NCBI GenBank assembly: GCA_036172245.1
Contig: JAYWIR010000005.1
Location: forward strand, 1,364,001-1,428,000
Direction: 5' to 3'
Source: Raillietiella orientalis
Lineage: Eukaryota
DNA: 64,000 nucleotides
Positions 61,809-64,000 of this stretch are shown in pieces (within the stretch, counting starts at the first letter, position 1; every line of letters starts with the position of its first letter). Below the pieces are notes generated by a model. It ran no database searches. It was not told the DNA's origin and worked only from the letters and a program-made list of their open reading frames with translations. The translations under genes were made by a program, and so were the position numbers.

Positions 61809-62800
61809 CTTGGTTTATAACTCGGTCACGCCGGGACATTCGTTGTAAAAAGTAAACATATAGGTGTAGAGCCATCTGCCCTATATCGTTCGAAAATGTT
61901 TGGAACCTGACGAGTAACCGGCACATAGGCCGGCGAGGTTCGCCTCGGCAGCGGAGCGGCAAGCAAAAATAAAAATTAATAATAATAATAATAAAAACTC
62001 TGGAGGGCGTCCTCTGAATTCTTTCCAGGATGCCTGTAAGTTCCATCTGAGTTCCCAGGTTCCCAGCTTGCTGCCGTCCTCAGGAAGCGCAGGACGAAGC
62101 AGATGGCATCCCTGTCGCGCCGTCTCCCATTCGCGAAGCTCCAGGACGCCACAATCCCACTAGGCAGCAAAGAGCTGCCAGGGATGCGGCAGGCGAAAGG
62201 GCATCGCGCACAAAGAGGCGCTTCATCACATCCTTGGGATTGTCATCGGTGCACCAAGGGTCGTTGTGTAACGCAAGCACAGGGGCCGGAGGGCAACACA
62301 GTCTACAATCAAATGCGAGAACTGGGATTCCCGGTCCCCTCACCTGTAACACTTGGGCTCCACAGCCCCCCAGGTCCAGTGAGACCGGTGGACGTTTCGG
62401 GAGGCCCCAGTGCAACAGCCGAAGTGTTGATTCCTGCCACTTAAGGGAGAGGACCCGATTGTTCTTCAGCTCTGGAGGCCCCTCGAGGTCTTCCTGTGGG
62501 GTTCCCAGCAGCTCACCCCAGCGCAATAGTCCTTTCGGTGGGGCACTTGGGGTCTCAGAGTCTGTGAGTTGGTCCATGGGCCAATCATCTAATTCCTCCG
62601 TCTGAGGACCTATTTCGCGACTAACTCCCCATTTGACCGGCTGGTTACTGCCCAGGTGCTCTCTGAGGGAGGGCAATGCCGCGGCCAAAGAGGTTCTTTG
62701 CGCTCACGCACACGTGGTGGACTGCATGATGACGTCCTGCAGCGAGCTGTTGTCGTAGAAAGAGCGCAGTAGCCGCTGCCCCATCTCCGGTCTCGTTTCG
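61809..62800 (-). mobile_element. Unknown ORF-bearing repeat family, copy F (best preserved; 202-aa ORF 62688-62080)
   Basis: KGLLRWGELLG..LSLKWQESTLRLLHWG..PVSLDL..RLCCPP..DNPKDVMKRLF..AASLAALCCL/GIVASW..RDAICFVLRFLRTAASW..ELTGILERIQRT. (TTA)n/T tract and terminal motif at 61843-61811. Confidence 0.65.
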
Positions 62801-62984
62801 TCGGGTTCTTGGCCCACGTGCGAACTGTTTCCTGCAACCATGCACTACCGTTCGCAGGCCGGCAAAAGATCCAGTTGTTGGTCCTGGGTCAGCTTGGCCA
62901 CTCCGGAATTTCAGTCCGCAGCTGGACAAGTCGCGTCTGCGCCGGCGCGCCAAGAACAAAGACAGTCCCGCGTAGCTGGTGGCT

Positions 62985-63790
62985 CTCTTGACCAGGTTTT
63001 TCACCCGGATAAGCCGGGCTTTTACTATTAAAATTTTACAATAAAATCTTATAATAAAGTCTGGTTCTTTCGGAAGTTTTTTCAGTCAGAACATAGTTCT
63101 GACTGTCTTGTCGCACTTGTCCATACCGACCCGCAGGCCGGTGAGATCCTCTACACGGGCGAAGAAGGTGGGGAAACCAAAAAAAAAAAAAAACCAAAAA
63201 AACAAATACGCAAGGGGGGACAAAGTTCTAAGGAAAGAGGAGGGAAGGGAAAGGATGACAGTACGCCATGAGGAGGCCTCTGCATCCGGTTTTCGATGCG
63301 GACAAGTACCGGCAGAATTTTTCTTAGCCGGCGCAAACGGAAGCCTTCTCCATATAGATGACCGCCCAGTGAATGGCATTTCGACTACTGCGGCCTCTCC
63401 TTGACGCGGTCCACTTCTCCAGGATTCCGCGTATGCAGCAGAGAGCTGTAACACACGCGGCGGCTGGAGGGGCGTCCCGCATCAGGAGGCGACGCAAAAT
63501 GTTTTTTGGGTCGCCCACCGAAATGTTCACAATCGACGAGAGTCGATTTCACATAAGCGGAGGGCAAAACACTCGATTATTAGGTGGGGGAAGCTCTTCC
63601 TTTCCCCAGACTCTGCACAATTGGCATCCATACTCCCTAATGTCCAGTGGGAGAGGCATCCCACCAAAGAAGACGGCATCCAAAGCCATCCCACTTCCCC
63701 GTGTCCTTCTAGGGAGCGGAGGTGGTTTGGCATTGCTCAGCGGTCTAGTTAGTGCGAAGGTTTTCAGTGGTTTTGTCTGGTGTGTAGGAG
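62985..63790 (-). mobile_element. Unknown ORF-bearing repeat family, copy G (may extend to or beyond the window end)
   Basis: PLPLDIREYGCQLCRVWG..RVFCPP..GDPKNILRRLLMRDAPPAAACVTALCCIRGILEKW..RNAIHWAVIYM..RMQRP. T-tract at 63207-63174 and perfect hairpin at 63083-63105. Confidence 0.6.
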
Positions 63791-64000
63791 AGCCGGTGTC
63801 CCATGGCAGAAATGCCTGAGGACACCGCGATGGAAATTGGGGGAGGAGAGGCGACTTGCTCTCCACCACCTATGAAAGTGGGGGCGTCCGCCCCCACGGA
63901 ATCCGGGGCACTTGCCCCATCGGAATCGGGGGCAGCCTCCCCTTCGCGACCCTCTTCGCCAGCGGCGAGGAGTTGGAGTGCCGTCGTTGCTGCACCATCC

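Overview
Eukaryotic genomic DNA from an invertebrate, probably an arthropod, with many very short spliceosomal introns. It falls into three compositional zones. (1) About 1-32 kb is GC/CpG-rich. It holds the 3' part of a perlecan gene (HSPG2/trol/unc-52; about 53 exons traced by hand, stop at 24047-24049), then about 8 kb with no recognisable protein gene but a duplicated element of roughly 0.5 kb. (2) About 32-56 kb is AT-rich and CpG-poor. It holds four compact housekeeping genes: TEX264 (+), MePCE/bin3 (-, stop only 9 bp from the TEX264 stop), COPB2/beta'-COP (+) and DNMT2/TRDMT1 (+), then a probable mitochondrial 16S rRNA insertion (NUMT). (3) About 57.9-64 kb is a packed, mixed-orientation cluster of at least six diverged, decayed copies of an element I cannot assign. 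The copies share protein motifs, and five also share a T-rich tract and a common 3' terminus just after an AATAAA-like hexamer. This cluster is the best candidate for something undescribed. All alignments and exon chains were made by eye; no searches were run.
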